Source: Cyanophora paradoxa CCMP329 (lineage: Eukaryota > Plantae > Glaucophyta). From it: a stretch of 64,000 nt of DNA. The stretch is taken from contig QPMI01000043.1 in assembly GCA_004431415.1 (NCBI GenBank), forward strand, positions 124,001 to 188,000, given 5' to 3'. Shown piece by piece: positions 42,901-54,033 of this stretch. The notes under the pieces were generated by a model. The model was not told where the DNA came from and did no database searches. It saw nothing but the letters and a program-made list of their open reading frames with translations. The position numbers and the translations under genes were made by a program. Every line of letters starts with the position of its first letter. Position 1 is the first letter of the stretch.

Positions 42901-43417
42901 CTGGTGCATTGGCCTGCCTATGCCTGGCCATGGATCAATTTTTGACTTGGTGAACAGGTCGCGAAAAAGTTCTCAATCGTCAAATGCTCGATGGGGGCTT
43001 ATGTGTGGACAAAAGGCTCCTGGGGAACATCGAGAGGTGCCCTAGGAATCAACGTTCAGTTCGGAGAAAGAACACCAGTACCAGCTAACGCATTCAAAGG
43101 ACGGTCTGCTCAATTTGTTGCATTTATTAGAATATCGATATCATTTTGCAGTTTCCGCTAAAGATACATCAGGGAAGATCATCTTGTCATTCCTTGTATA
43201 TATGAGTCTCTTCCCCCAAGCGAGCAAATACTTGGAAGTAATGCCGAGGCTGTTTGCAGTGCTTTGGAACAAATTGGCGGCAATAAGAGTGGCGGCACAG
43301 TGACTGCTAAAGAACTCAGGGAATCGCATCCATTTGCAAAGCTTCCGATCAAGGTATACTTAAAAATATATATCTTTGTTGGAATAGAAGCTGTATAAAA
43401 TGCAAGTTATACTCCAG

Positions 43418-43810
43418 GTCATTATCTGTGAGGCGATTCAAATGAATGTCAACGACGGAATAAGATATCTCTCGCTGGAGTACCTCATTGGGTTGTCAGC
43501 GTTGTGTGAGGAGTTTCGAATCGCCCTCCTGTTTGATGAAGCCATGACTGGTGCAATTCAAAATTAAATAAATGCCCGTGAAACCTTCTGAAACCTATTA
43601 ATGCTGCAGCTGATTGCAGGTACCTGTCGAACCGCAAAGTCCTTCTTTGCTTTTGAGCAGTTTGTGAGAGCTTCTGTCAGCAGCTGCAGTGCAATGATGA
43701 GGAGGAAATGCGACAATGACCAGGTTTCGCCTAGGCCTATCATCGTGCATGGAGTCCTCACAGGCAAAGCCTTCATTGCATCGCTTATCCTTGTGCGAAA
43801 TATTTCCCTG
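43418..43810 (+). CDS. Internal exons of a host class-III aminotransferase-like (PLP) gene; exons 43418-43550, 43620-43663, 43724-~43810; full extent unresolved
   Basis: Spliced VIICEAIQ..EYLIGLSALCEEFRIALLFDEAMTG TCRTAKSFFAFEQF VSPRPIIVHGVLTGKA resembles the class-III motif (EPIQ..LLIFDEV.TG.GRTG..FA.E..PDI...GKA); GT-AG introns. Confidence 0.55.
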
Positions 43811-44778
43811 GTAATCTAAAGATTTCCCTTTGAATCTCAAATGAAGTAATATTCATCGGCCTAGATAAAGCACATGCCTGGCATTGGGGACCCCTGGATT
43901 GCGACTTTTGGAGTCTCTGCAGAAACATTTGCACATGATGTTCACACAGGTGCAGGCCGTTTATAACAGCTAACCGGCCATTCCATTCATTTCTATATAT
44001 ATTTCTTAATGCTCAGTGCAGAGTATGTAACGGTTCAGCCATATCGCATACAGCTGATTCAGACCTCGTGGCTATTGGACAATCGTGCGCACACATACAT
44101 ATGTTATTGAGTCCGTTCCGCTAATCCTTATAATCTCTGCGAAATGCACTTGCAGTTTGCGAAATGCGAGAGCGCAATACACATATGAATATTCATATTT
44201 TAATCCCTCGGCGTTCCGCCTCAGGATTAAAATATGAATATTCATATGTGTGATTCGATGTTATATCAATAAAATCGATTAATTTATTTGAATTTTCACC
44301 TGAATTTTCATATTTTTATATGCATTTTCAATTAATTTAATCGATGTTATATCGATAAACTCGATTAATCGATATTGTATCTTAATTGTAGTTAATCGGA
44401 ATTATATCAATAACTTCGATTGATCTTAATTGAATCCTAAATGAATCTAATCGGAATTATATCAATAAATTCGATTAAATCATGTTCTTTTCCGATTAAA
44501 TCAATTAAATATTTAACTTTGTTATCAGAAGTGGTCTAAGTTGACTCACTTTTCATAAACATTTTGAACTCTTAGTCTCTTTGAATTTCTTAAGATGACT
44601 CAACTTAGTCAACTTAGTCAACTTTGTTACCATAATCAATCAGGGTGGACTCACTTTTAGATCAACTTTGAAATTTCAAGCAAAATCAACTTGGATTTCA
44701 AAAGTGGATCTTCTAAGTGGACTCAAAATGTTCACTTTGTGATACATGTTAGCTCAAATCCTTACTGTTTATGGTCAG

Positions 44779-44964
44779 GGTTGACTAAGTGGGGGAGTTG
44801 ACACATTTTTTGAAATCCTTTTTAGAAAACTTTAGGTCCCAAATATTTCCTGTGAAATTTGAGTCAACTCAACCCACTTAGTCAACCCTTGCATTGAATT
44901 CGTAACAAAATCCATATACTATTACTACTTTTACGATTAATATGAGTCAACCTTGAGTCCACTT
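44779..44964. promoter_or_regulatory. Inverted GTTGAC/GTCAAC iteron cassette in the element 2 terminal region (putative origin)
   Basis: ggttgactaagtgggggagttgac..AT core..gtcaactcaacccacttagtcaacc; homologue at 50536-50716. Confidence 0.6.
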
Positions 44965-45491
44965 AAATATAAATATAATATAATAGGGGGAATCAAGGGA
45001 GATGCTTACTAAATGCAGTGTTAGATTGATGATTTCACATATGTAATCACGATTATCTCTAAAGTAGATTTGGGTTGATTATTCGATGTTATCAGGTGAT
45101 TGAGTTGATAAGTATTTGATGTAGATCTTTAACTCTTTCGTTATAATCGAATTTAATCGAATTAGTTTTGAATTTTCAAAATCGGTTTAATCGTAATAGC
45201 GATGTATACACATCGAGATTCGTAGATGTGATTGCAATTTATTGTTATGTATGATATTGGTGATTATATTGAATCGTTGGTGTATCGATTTGATAACTTC
45301 CTGGTGATCTGTATTAAAAACTCACGTTTAATGGATTTTAATCGAATTTAAAATCAAAATTCAAAATCGAGTGACCGCCTTAAAATGCTCGATTTTATGA
45401 CGTTTTAAGCGCATCGATTTGAGCATGTGGTGTTGAGATATCGTAGCAAACGTGAATAGTGAGTTTCTAGACGGGTACAGCATTAATCTAG

Positions 45492-45616
45492 AAAAAACCG
45501 CGTTTTTTTTTACTTTTCAAGTTTCACGGCGAACGAAGTAAAGGTTCCCGGTCGGATTTGAACCTCGTAGTTCTGGGTCAGTAATCTAGCGCTTTATTCT
45601 CTGAGCCAAAAACGGC
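45492..45616 (-). ncRNA. tRNA-like / SINE-like Pol III unit
   Basis: Minus strand: A-box-like TGGCTCAGAGAATA, B-box GGTTCAAATCC at tRNA spacing, then an A-run and a TTTTTT terminator; cloverleaf degenerate. Confidence 0.45.
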
Positions 45617-45841
45617 TTGCCATCTAGTCGACTCCTGGGCTAGTGTTTCACCAAGTCTACTATGGCAAGTGACTTTTGCATCTTCAAACTGTTATATCTC
45701 ATCACCAGATCATCAAAACGCAACGTTCTGCATATCGCTGTGAAGCGCTTGATAAGATCTACAAGACTATGTGTATATCATGTGCATATATGTATATCAG
45801 TCATACATATATTTGGAAAAAACGAGTTTTTGCCTAGCAAA

Positions 45842-47227
45842 CTAGCTAGTTTTGGTCCTTTCTCTTAGTGTTCTCTGAGGTTTAGGGGCTGTATATGACT
45901 CCTTAGTAGTCTGAAAGTCATTATACCATCTCTGGCTATTAACCTCAGAAAGTTTCTGTGTCCCTGCTATAGTGAGCTTTTTGAGTTCCCTATTAACCTT
46001 GCCAGTCTTCTCCTTTCTAGCCTCTATCAAAGGCTTATCTGGGACTTCATTAGCAGCTTCTATGCCTTCTCTCCTTATAGCAGCATCAACCTTGGCTTCC
46101 TCTTTGGCTTGCTCTAATGCATCCACTGTAGGTGTTTCCAGATACTCAACTGAATTCACAGGTAACAGCTCATGGAAAGCAAACCTGTTTTCTATGATCT
46201 CACCAGTGGGACTCCTTAGCTTAAACTTAAAGCCTTCCCTACTATCAACAGTGTAAACCATCCTAGACCAATTGTTACCCTGTTTAGCAAAGGCATTTTT
46301 CTCAACTTTCACTCTAACAAACATGCCTGGCTGCATGGTATCAAGGTAAGCTATTGATTTCTTGAATCTTTCATCTTCTAATCCCACTATATACCTATAA
46401 TGCTCCTCTGTAGTTTCGCCTGGCTTCATCTTAGTAGCTGAGTGAACTGTATTATTGTAATTATACTCAATATCACCTAACACATCAAAGAATCTAGCTG
46501 TGTTATTAGCTATGCAGTAGTTTGTGATCAGTCTCTTAATCTGCTTGTTAAAGGCTTCAATTCGACCTTGGCTTCTATGGTCAGCAGTTCCACTCACTTG
46601 GTGTTCTATGAATTTACTAGATAAATACTCCTGGAATATTCGATTTTGGAACTCACTCCCAGCATCTGATTGAACTTTTACTATGGGTCTTGCCACTCTC
46701 ATTTCAAGCTGCTTAAATGCAGCTAATGTAGTGAGAGCTGATTTATCTCTTATAGGTATGATATATCCAGTTCTCAGTGTTGATTCCATAGCAGTCATAA
46801 AGGTATCATAGCCATTGTTTTGTTTCTTATAAGCTGGGAAAAAGAGCAAATCAATCACATAGGTATCAAGGGGTTGCCTTATTGGAACCATGGGATCTCT
46901 CTTCCTAGATATAGCAGGTGCATTGATCTGAACTACCTCTTGTTTTTTATAGAACTCTTGCAACTGCTTATAGGATTCATCTGGTAACTCAGCCCTCATA
47001 GCTTGAAGCCCTTTGTAACCAGTTCTCACATCATAGAATCTCTTGGCAATCTTGCTAGTTTCTTTCACTGCAATAGCAACTGGGATCTCTACTGGGACAA
47101 GCTCTTTCATCTCTGATTTTTTAACAATTCGAGATTCCCCCTTTTCCTCCTTTGGAACTGTGATGGGCAATAGGTTACCTTGCAGTTGCTCAGTGGTTCT
47201 TCTAACTATTCTTCCAGTTGCTGGCAT
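45842..47227 (-). CDS. rve DDE integrase (element 2)
   Basis: 461 aa, near-identical to 12192-13577. Confidence 0.93.
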   Translation of the reverse strand: MPATGRIVRRTTEQLQGNLLPITVPKEEKGESRIVKKSEMKELVPVEIPVAIAVKETSKIAKRFYDVRTGYKGLQAMRAELPDESYKQLQEFYKKQEVVQINAPAISRKRDPMVPIRQPLDTYVIDLLFFPAYKKQNNGYDTFMTAMESTLRTGYIIPIRDKSALTTLAAFKQLEMRVARPIVKVQSDAGSEFQNRIFQEYLSSKFIEHQVSGTADHRSQGRIEAFNKQIKRLITNYCIANNTARFFDVLGDIEYNYNNTVHSATKMKPGETTEEHYRYIVGLEDERFKKSIAYLDTMQPGMFVRVKVEKNAFAKQGNNWSRMVYTVDSREGFKFKLRSPTGEIIENRFAFHELLPVNSVEYLETPTVDALEQAKEEAKVDAAIRREGIEAANEVPDKPLIEARKEKTGKVNRELKKLTIAGTQKLSEVNSQRWYNDFQTTKESYTAPKPQRTLRERTKTS

Positions 47228-47230
47228 CTC

Positions 47231-50200
47231 TTAATTAAAAGGAACAGAATTAATACCATCTGGTAAGATGTATCTCTTTGCATCAAAGCAGTTCAGGGCA
47301 ACCCTTCTACTCACAGTATCTATTATTGTGTGATCTGCCCTTCTCTTCTGCTTTGCAGTCACAGTCTTGCTGATACCTGCAAATAAACACTGCTTAAAAT
47401 CATTAAATTGGAGTTCCTCAGTGGAAGACCCAGAGAGCTTACTTCTCTCAATCTCAGCAGTTCTGAAACTGTAAACTTTGGCTCTTAGACCCACATACTC
47501 CAATATAGCAGAACCTGGCATCTCATTTTTGTATTTACCTGGGGTCATTCTGTTAGGTCCTCCTAAGTCCAGATTAAAGGATATATTCTCTAGGTCCTTT
47601 TGGAGGGTCTGAGATTCGATATATAGACAAAAGGAATCAGTATCATGGAATAGTAACTTTGCTTTTGACCATTGGGACCTTATAGTATCATAGAAGAACT
47701 GGTAATTATGCAGTTTGGCTGCATCCAAAACATAAGCCCCAATTGCAACAGGCTTATCTAGTTTCACATGCTTTGTGTAAAACTCAAAGGCAACTGCTTT
47801 TTCGTTTATGGGGCTTGTTGATTTCACCAATGGGGAAGCTGCATATTTCATAAATAGCTTCTCAGTATTTGCAATCTTTACCACAGATCTACCTCTGCAG
47901 GATTCAATGCATTTCCCATAGATTGAGTTATTCATGAGCTTGTAGAAATCAGCCTCGAATTTATTCAATGCTTTTCTTCTCATCTCAGTGTTCAGTACAA
48001 TATAAGATTTCATTACAGGAGCCACAGTAAATGATAGGACCCTGTGGACTTTTCTCAATTTCACCCCTTTGCCCAACAGGTATTGCAGAAGAGGCTCAGA
48101 AATCACATAGTTTGTCACAGAACCAAAGGTTGCAGTTAGCTTTGGGGTTTTATCAAGCTCTTCTCCTGAGAGATCTAATAGGCTCTTTTGATATTGTGAT
48201 AATTCCGCATATTCTACTATTTTCTTGTTAATAATTAGGGGGAAATCACTGTGATCTAGATACAGCCTTATTGGGTATTCCAGATCAACTTCTAGGAAAC
48301 TGGATCTGTTATCTTGTGGGTTGAATTCGGTCTCCCATCTAAAATCACCAACTGGAATTGGCTGACTCAAACAGTAGCCATACAAGTTGTTAGCATCAAA
48401 CAGCATAATGTGGGAGTTTTCACCATCAGCCTCAGCATACCTGCAAGGCATTGTTGCAAAGCCACCCCTGATTCCCCTCTCAACAAATTCGTATTGCTCT
48501 ACATCACTTATAAGCTCTATTTTTGCCTTGGTGGTCCTTAACATAGCATCCCAAGATAGCCCAGGTGCAGATACATAATGAACTGGGTCAAGTCCATATA
48601 CTGAGTGTGAGAGCCTTCTGAAAGCTTGGAATTTGCTCATTAACTCATTCACATCAGCAGCCCCAAAGTCCATGAAATTACTTGCATCAATGAACTTGTA
48701 AAGACCCCATTGCAATGAAAGGTATTGATCAAAGTTTTTTGAGAGGATTTCGATTCGTTTTTTATCTCCCAAACCTGCTATTTTTCTGAAAATGAATGAC
48801 CCACAGTCATCCATTTGGTCAACAACCACTGCTACTTTGGTTTGCTTTGAGATTCTCCTATGGAGATTGCAGTTTCTGCAAGCAGGAGCAATGTACTGAC
48901 CTGTGTGGTGATCATGATCTCTGCATTTAAAGTTCTCCTTAGTGAATCTCTCACTGCAAAGGTAACAGTTTTTGGTAGCTCTGTAAATTGCTTTCTGCTC
49001 ATCTGTGAGTTCATTCATAGGAATATTGGTGAACAGGAAATCGATTAGTTCTCTTGCTTTGGACTCCAAGCATTCAAACAGACCTCCCATTGGATCCTGC
49101 CCCTCAAATCGAAAATCTTGAACATCTTCCCCAGTGACTACTCTAAGGTTGACTGCTGAAACTTCCCTCTTGGATTTCGATGCATCAATGGGGATGCTTC
49201 TATGTTCAATCTTGCAGTAGACCACAACAGGAAGCCAAACAGTTTTCCTGAGGTTTTTCAGTCCAAACTCTATGGTGGTTTCAGGTTTAGGGGTGATTCC
49301 CTTTGAGAGTCTCCAGTCAATGCATCTATTTGAGTCCACATGAGCAGTGAGTTTAGCCTCAGACCTGAATCGAGATAAGCATGTGTCACAGTAGTGTAAC
49401 TTCTGATCATTGTATGTTTCATGATTTACTTTCAATAATCTTGAAAGGGACATGATTGTAATATAATGACCATTCCCTTCATCATCAAATATCAGCATGA
49501 GATTAACCTTATGCTTTCTGCCTGGGTTACTGGATTGATGCAGGGGATAAATAACCTCTCCATCGATTCCAAATATATTAATGCTAATGCCTGCATTTTG
49601 AGCCTCGAATTTATCAATAATCTCAGCATCACAGGCAACAGGGAATGGGATGTTATCGAAATTCAGAGCCAGCGGATTATAAGCGATTGCTGAGTATTTC
49701 CATTTGCGATATTGTGAAAGCTCATTCCTCTTATGGGAGTTTATCGCTTTTCTGTGAATATATGCCAAAATTGCATTTTCGAAGCAGGAATCATCTATAT
49801 TTCGAATATTCACTGTGGCTCTCTTCCTAGCAATCCACTCTGGGGTTTGTAGAAAGCATCCACCAGTTGGAGCATAACTCATAATAGCCACTCTGAGTAT
49901 TTCGATTCTTTCCAAGCGATAGCTATCAACCACATTCATCTGCTCTTGACACATTTGGGCTGCTTTATTCAGCTCAGTTCGAATATTTCTCGACCTGGTT
50001 AATACAAAATAATCACTGTAAATGTATTTCGATATCCAAACCTGTGGATTGCTCACTTTTACGAACTTGCAGATAAAAGACAAGCGAACCTTGATTGCCC
50101 TGAATTGATCTAAACCCTGCTTTAATCGATTAGGAAGGGATGTAGCAATTCTGTCCAGGAATTCAATCACATCTACAACAACTTCCCTTCTGGCTCTGTA

Positions 50201-50476
50201 AGTGAGCCAGCGATATAATTCATTCATGGCTGTTCCATCTTCTGCCTCAGGTTCTATTTGCCTTAGGCGATCCAGTTCATCCAAGGTTTCAATTTTATCA
50301 TATAGGTTATTTGCTTTTCTGGTTAATCTGGCTAAAGTGGGTCTACCCTTTGCAATTAAATCTATTTCCCGGTCATATTCAGCCTCTGTTATTTCATGGG
50401 CTGCATAAAGTGTTCCCAGCAATCCCATGAGTTCCCATTTCTTCTCCCTTATGAGTTTGTTGGAAATTCGGGGCAT
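47231..50476 (-). CDS. Protein-primed DNA polymerase B, intact ORF (1081 aa)
   Basis: DANNLYG, KLMNNSIYGK, HDTDS, GLRAKVYS. Confidence 0.94.
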   Translation of the reverse strand: MPRISNKLIREKKWELMGLLGTLYAAHEITEAEYDREIDLIAKGRPTLARLTRKANNLYDKIETLDELDRLRQIEPEAEDGTAMNELYRWLTYRARREVVVDVIEFLDRIATSLPNRLKQGLDQFRAIKVRLSFICKFVKVSNPQVWISKYIYSDYFVLTRSRNIRTELNKAAQMCQEQMNVVDSYRLERIEILRVAIMSYAPTGGCFLQTPEWIARKRATVNIRNIDDSCFENAILAYIHRKAINSHKRNELSQYRKWKYSAIAYNPLALNFDNIPFPVACDAEIIDKFEAQNAGISINIFGIDGEVIYPLHQSSNPGRKHKVNLMLIFDDEGNGHYITIMSLSRLLKVNHETYNDQKLHYCDTCLSRFRSEAKLTAHVDSNRCIDWRLSKGITPKPETTIEFGLKNLRKTVWLPVVVYCKIEHRSIPIDASKSKREVSAVNLRVVTGEDVQDFRFEGQDPMGGLFECLESKARELIDFLFTNIPMNELTDEQKAIYRATKNCYLCSERFTKENFKCRDHDHHTGQYIAPACRNCNLHRRISKQTKVAVVVDQMDDCGSFIFRKIAGLGDKKRIEILSKNFDQYLSLQWGLYKFIDASNFMDFGAADVNELMSKFQAFRRLSHSVYGLDPVHYVSAPGLSWDAMLRTTKAKIELISDVEQYEFVERGIRGGFATMPCRYAEADGENSHIMLFDANNLYGYCLSQPIPVGDFRWETEFNPQDNRSSFLEVDLEYPIRLYLDHSDFPLIINKKIVEYAELSQYQKSLLDLSGEELDKTPKLTATFGSVTNYVISEPLLQYLLGKGVKLRKVHRVLSFTVAPVMKSYIVLNTEMRRKALNKFEADFYKLMNNSIYGKCIESCRGRSVVKIANTEKLFMKYAASPLVKSTSPINEKAVAFEFYTKHVKLDKPVAIGAYVLDAAKLHNYQFFYDTIRSQWSKAKLLFHDTDSFCLYIESQTLQKDLENISFNLDLGGPNRMTPGKYKNEMPGSAILEYVGLRAKVYSFRTAEIERSKLSGSSTEELQFNDFKQCLFAGISKTVTAKQKRRADHTIIDTVSRRVALNCFDAKRYILPDGINSVPFN

Positions 50477-50535
50477 TATTCCTAACTTGTTCCTATTCTA
50501 AGGGGATATTGTATTTTAGAGCATTTTAAACGCAA

Positions 50536-50716
50536 GTGGACTTAGTGGGTGGAGTTGAGGCACTTTTTATTTCTTTTTAGGGCAGAGTCCTCTTTCAGAA
50601 TCTGTGAAAAAATGAGTCAACTCCCCCCACTTAGTCAACCTAATCGATAAATAAACCATAAATAAAAGACTGTTTGGGTCTTTTATGATAAATTTGAGTC
50701 AACCATGAGTCCACTT
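50536..50716. promoter_or_regulatory. GTCAAC-type iteron cassette immediately 3' of the element 2 helicase gene
   Basis: gtggacttagtgggtggagttga..core..gagtcaactccccccacttagtcaacc..tgagtcaaccatgagtccactt; ends ~10 bp from the helicase stop. Confidence 0.65.
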
Positions 50717-50726
50717 TTGAGTAAAC

Positions 50727-53320
50727 CTAAACTTCAACATCAGAATCATAATCTGATGCATCAGGATCAGCAGCAGGTAGGTCTTGTTTCATCCTTGGAT
50801 TAGCTTCTTCCTCAATGGTCTCATCATCTACAAGCTTCATCTTTCTGAATTCCTCAAATACTTGTGGGAATAGGAAATGATAGTATTGCTTACCATTTGT
50901 AGTTTTCACTTGGATATATGTCACACTTCTCATTTCAGTATAATACCTGCGACTATTATAATCGTTTTTATATTTATTGCTGGTAATGAACTCCTGGAAC
51001 CATTTCCAGGTTTCCACAAGGCTACCAGACTTGCATTTATTCTCGGAAATTAAGCCTCGATCCACAAGCCACTTAGTGAACATAAGGATGATTGGAGCGC
51101 ACACCTGTTGGGCTAAATAGTATTTATTTGTAAGGGGTCTATCAGCAATCCAGTTCACATCCTCACAGTCAACTTTGGTTCTCAAATAGTGGGCAATGTT
51201 TCGAATATTGCAGTGATCATTTAGCCATTTTACAAGTGGAAGGAAGTATGACCTATCCTTTGCGAATTTCTTACTAACTTCAACAACCACAAATCGCCTA
51301 TCTCCAGCTTCAATTTTCACTGGAATGTTATTATTGCTGGTAAATATAATCCTGGCAAAGTTGCTTTTTGTGTATGAATCTATCCCTTTGTGTTCAATAA
51401 CAATCTTATCAGAAGTAATGAGATCTTTGAGCATATCATTATTTTCGAATGTGTCCTTGCCTGAGGCTTCATTCACAACAATCAAGATCTTATCCTCTCT
51501 ATTGTGGGCAAATCGACCAAACAGATCCTCTTTTGGCTTTCCAGTTGCATAACTCAGGGCATCTCCAAGTATCTTCTTTTGGAAAGTATCAACCAACACA
51601 TTCTTACCAGTTCCCTGTTCACCAATGAAGATTAAGGATACTCCATTGAGTTCCCCAGGCTTTTGCAGCATGTGGGCAAACCATTTCAATAGATATTCAT
51701 AGGTATTTTGATCCTCACCAGACATTAAGAACAAGTGATCTAGGAAAGGCTTAATCATCTCAGCAGTTACATCCTCTGGAGCATTTTCGAATTGCTGATG
51801 GTCGACCTTCATTCCTGGATAGAGATTAAATACAGACTTGCATTTTGCACTGAGAGTAGCAGGAGGGGGAAGGAAATCCATGTAAGTTGATCTTGTGGCT
51901 GTTGGATCCACAATCCATTTCCTAAATGATTGCTCCCATTTCTCTTTCTCATTATCTGTTCCCTCATTGACAATCACCTTATGCATCAAATGGGGAAATG
52001 CTTTGTAGAGAGCTTCCCAATATCTTTGGGCATCCAGCAAAGTAGTTGTTCATCCCAGAGCATCACACAACCAACATTTTCAACATGATGCATTCGAGCA
52101 TTGAAATACCTCTTATGCACATTGTAATGTTCAGCCAAAGGAGGGATACTTGCAGTCTTGTAATCGATTTCATCTGTGTCCTCTGGTAGGAATGCATACT
52201 TTTTGGGGAAGAGTTCCTTGAAAAGCTCATTGTTATCTTTGCTCAACCAATAAACCAAGGATTTGAAGGTCAACACTTTGCCAGGCTCAGCCTTCTTCTT
52301 GCTTCTGCGAAGCTGTGTAAACTTCTCCTGGCATTCATCATAATCATACTTGTCACTCTGTTCTGAGAATTGGTGGAAGAGTTCAGCTTGCATTTTAGGG
52401 GTGAACTTGTTGTCTTCCCCAACATTGATGATGACCAGTCCTACATCAATCCAAGTTTTATACTCATTAGCTCTCTCACCATTCAGACCCATTATAACAC
52501 TTTGTAGCAGTTCGAAAGTAACAGGATTGTCGGGTTCAGTGTCTTTTTCAGCTTCTACCTTCTCAGTCTTCACTTTATCACTTTTTGGCTCCTTTTTAAC
52601 TGGTTTTGGCTCAGGGCTATAATTTGCGAATGCAGAAATATTCGATTCATCCACAAGTTTAGTAGAAGCTGAGAAGAAAGATACAAAGAAGTCCTCATTT
52701 CGCATTAACACTTTGTCACAGTCAACGAATTTCTTAAAGCAAACGTTTTTATCAACATCTTTCTTTGATTTATTTTGAGCATCCAGAGTCTCACCTTTGC
52801 AGCAATTGAGGCAGATAAGGTTCTGTGTGGAGCTGTAAACTCCACTGTCATAATCCTCATTTTTCACCAATCCCATAGCTTTGAAAAGCTTGGGGATATC
52901 TTCATGTTTGCATGCAAGCGATTTAATGATAAAGTGGGCTGAGATCTTGAACTTGGTGACATCCTCCTTGATCAAATAAACCCTTCTATGGCGAACTGCA
53001 ACAGCAATATCGTTAATCGAAGTGGTCCCAGATCGCTTCCATAGCTTATCTCTCATCTCTCTTACAACAGTTTCAGCCTCAGCATAGTTATCAGCAATAT
53101 TCTCCTTCAAATCAGCGAATTTATCCAGGTCCAGGTAAACTCTGGTCACTTGTTCAGGCTGAATGCATTCAGCCCAGGTCTTGACCTTGCTATTATCAAT
53201 TGCTTCAAGGGCATCTTCAGCAGAATCAAATACATGGGTGACCTTGTTGCGATCACCAATGAGAGTACTAAGGAATGTAGCATTTTCAACAGGGGTGGCG
53301 AATTTCTCGATTTTGTTCAT
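50727..53320 (-). CDS. Primase-helicase type 2: AEP primase, PriCT-2 and DUF5906/SF3 helicase (one homopolymer frameshift at ~51990)
   Basis: RVYLDLD..ISAHF..YDSGVYS; EYKTWIDVG..FSEQSDKYD; FNLYPG, WFAHMLQKPG, GEQGTGKN, VVNEA, IFTSN, DRRF. Confidence 0.88.
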
Positions 53321-53537
53321 TTTCGATTTTGGGGGACTTCTACCTTTAACAAAGAAAATAATTTCGGAAGGAGGAATTGTCTTTTATATATATCCTATTA
53401 TTTGCCAAGTCCTTAAGTAGTTTTGGGTCGGGATACTGTCTCGATATATAGGTACAGTTTTAAAAAGAGGGAAGAAAGCTGTCATTTTTTTGCCTCCGAT
53501 CAAATCGATTTCTACAAAATTTGTGTCGATCGAGAAT

Positions 53538-53864
53538 TTATTCTTCGATATATTTCCGAGGTCTTCCAACCGGTTTATGCTCTTTGGGTTTCTTGGGCTG
53601 TTCATCTTTCTTCTTGTGGTAATATTCCAGCGCTTTTGCCTTTTTCTGCTCGCGATATTCTTCATTTTCCCTGTATTTCCTCTGGTGTCTGAGGGCAATC
53701 TTTTTGAGTTCTTCTGGTGTGTGAACTGTAGCGGCTCCTTGGGATAATCGTTCCTCCTTCTTTTTATGATAGGCTTCGCGTTTTCTTTGGGCATCTTGCT
53801 CCCTTTTCAGTCTCAGCTTCTCTGCTTTTTCATCATCTGTGAGTATCTTGCGGATATTCGGCAT
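53538..53864 (-). CDS. Small basic protein with AT-hook-like GRPRK
   Basis: KYRENEEYREQKKAKALEYY resembles the 21136/54423 family; upstream AAAAAATGACTTAAAG. Confidence 0.7.
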   Translation of the reverse strand: MPNIRKILTDDEKAEKLRLKREQDAQRKREAYHKKKEERLSQGAATVHTPEELKKIALRHQRKYRENEEYREQKKAKALEYYHKKKDEQPKKPKEHKPVGRPRKYIEE

Positions 53865-54033
53865 TTCTCTTTAATAGTAGATACGAAAATAATTTTTCCT
53901 CAATACAACCTATCTACTTTTTCTTTAAGTCATTTTTTGTTGCGAACACCAGTTCCTGTCTATAAACTGTGGCAACAAAAAATGATTAGGTGAAAGCAGC
54001 TTGATATTTATCAGATATAATTACAGATCAGTA

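Noticed and set aside
45545-45616. Functional tRNA gene
   Set aside because: Acceptor and anticodon stems pair poorly; kept only as a tRNA-like Pol III unit.
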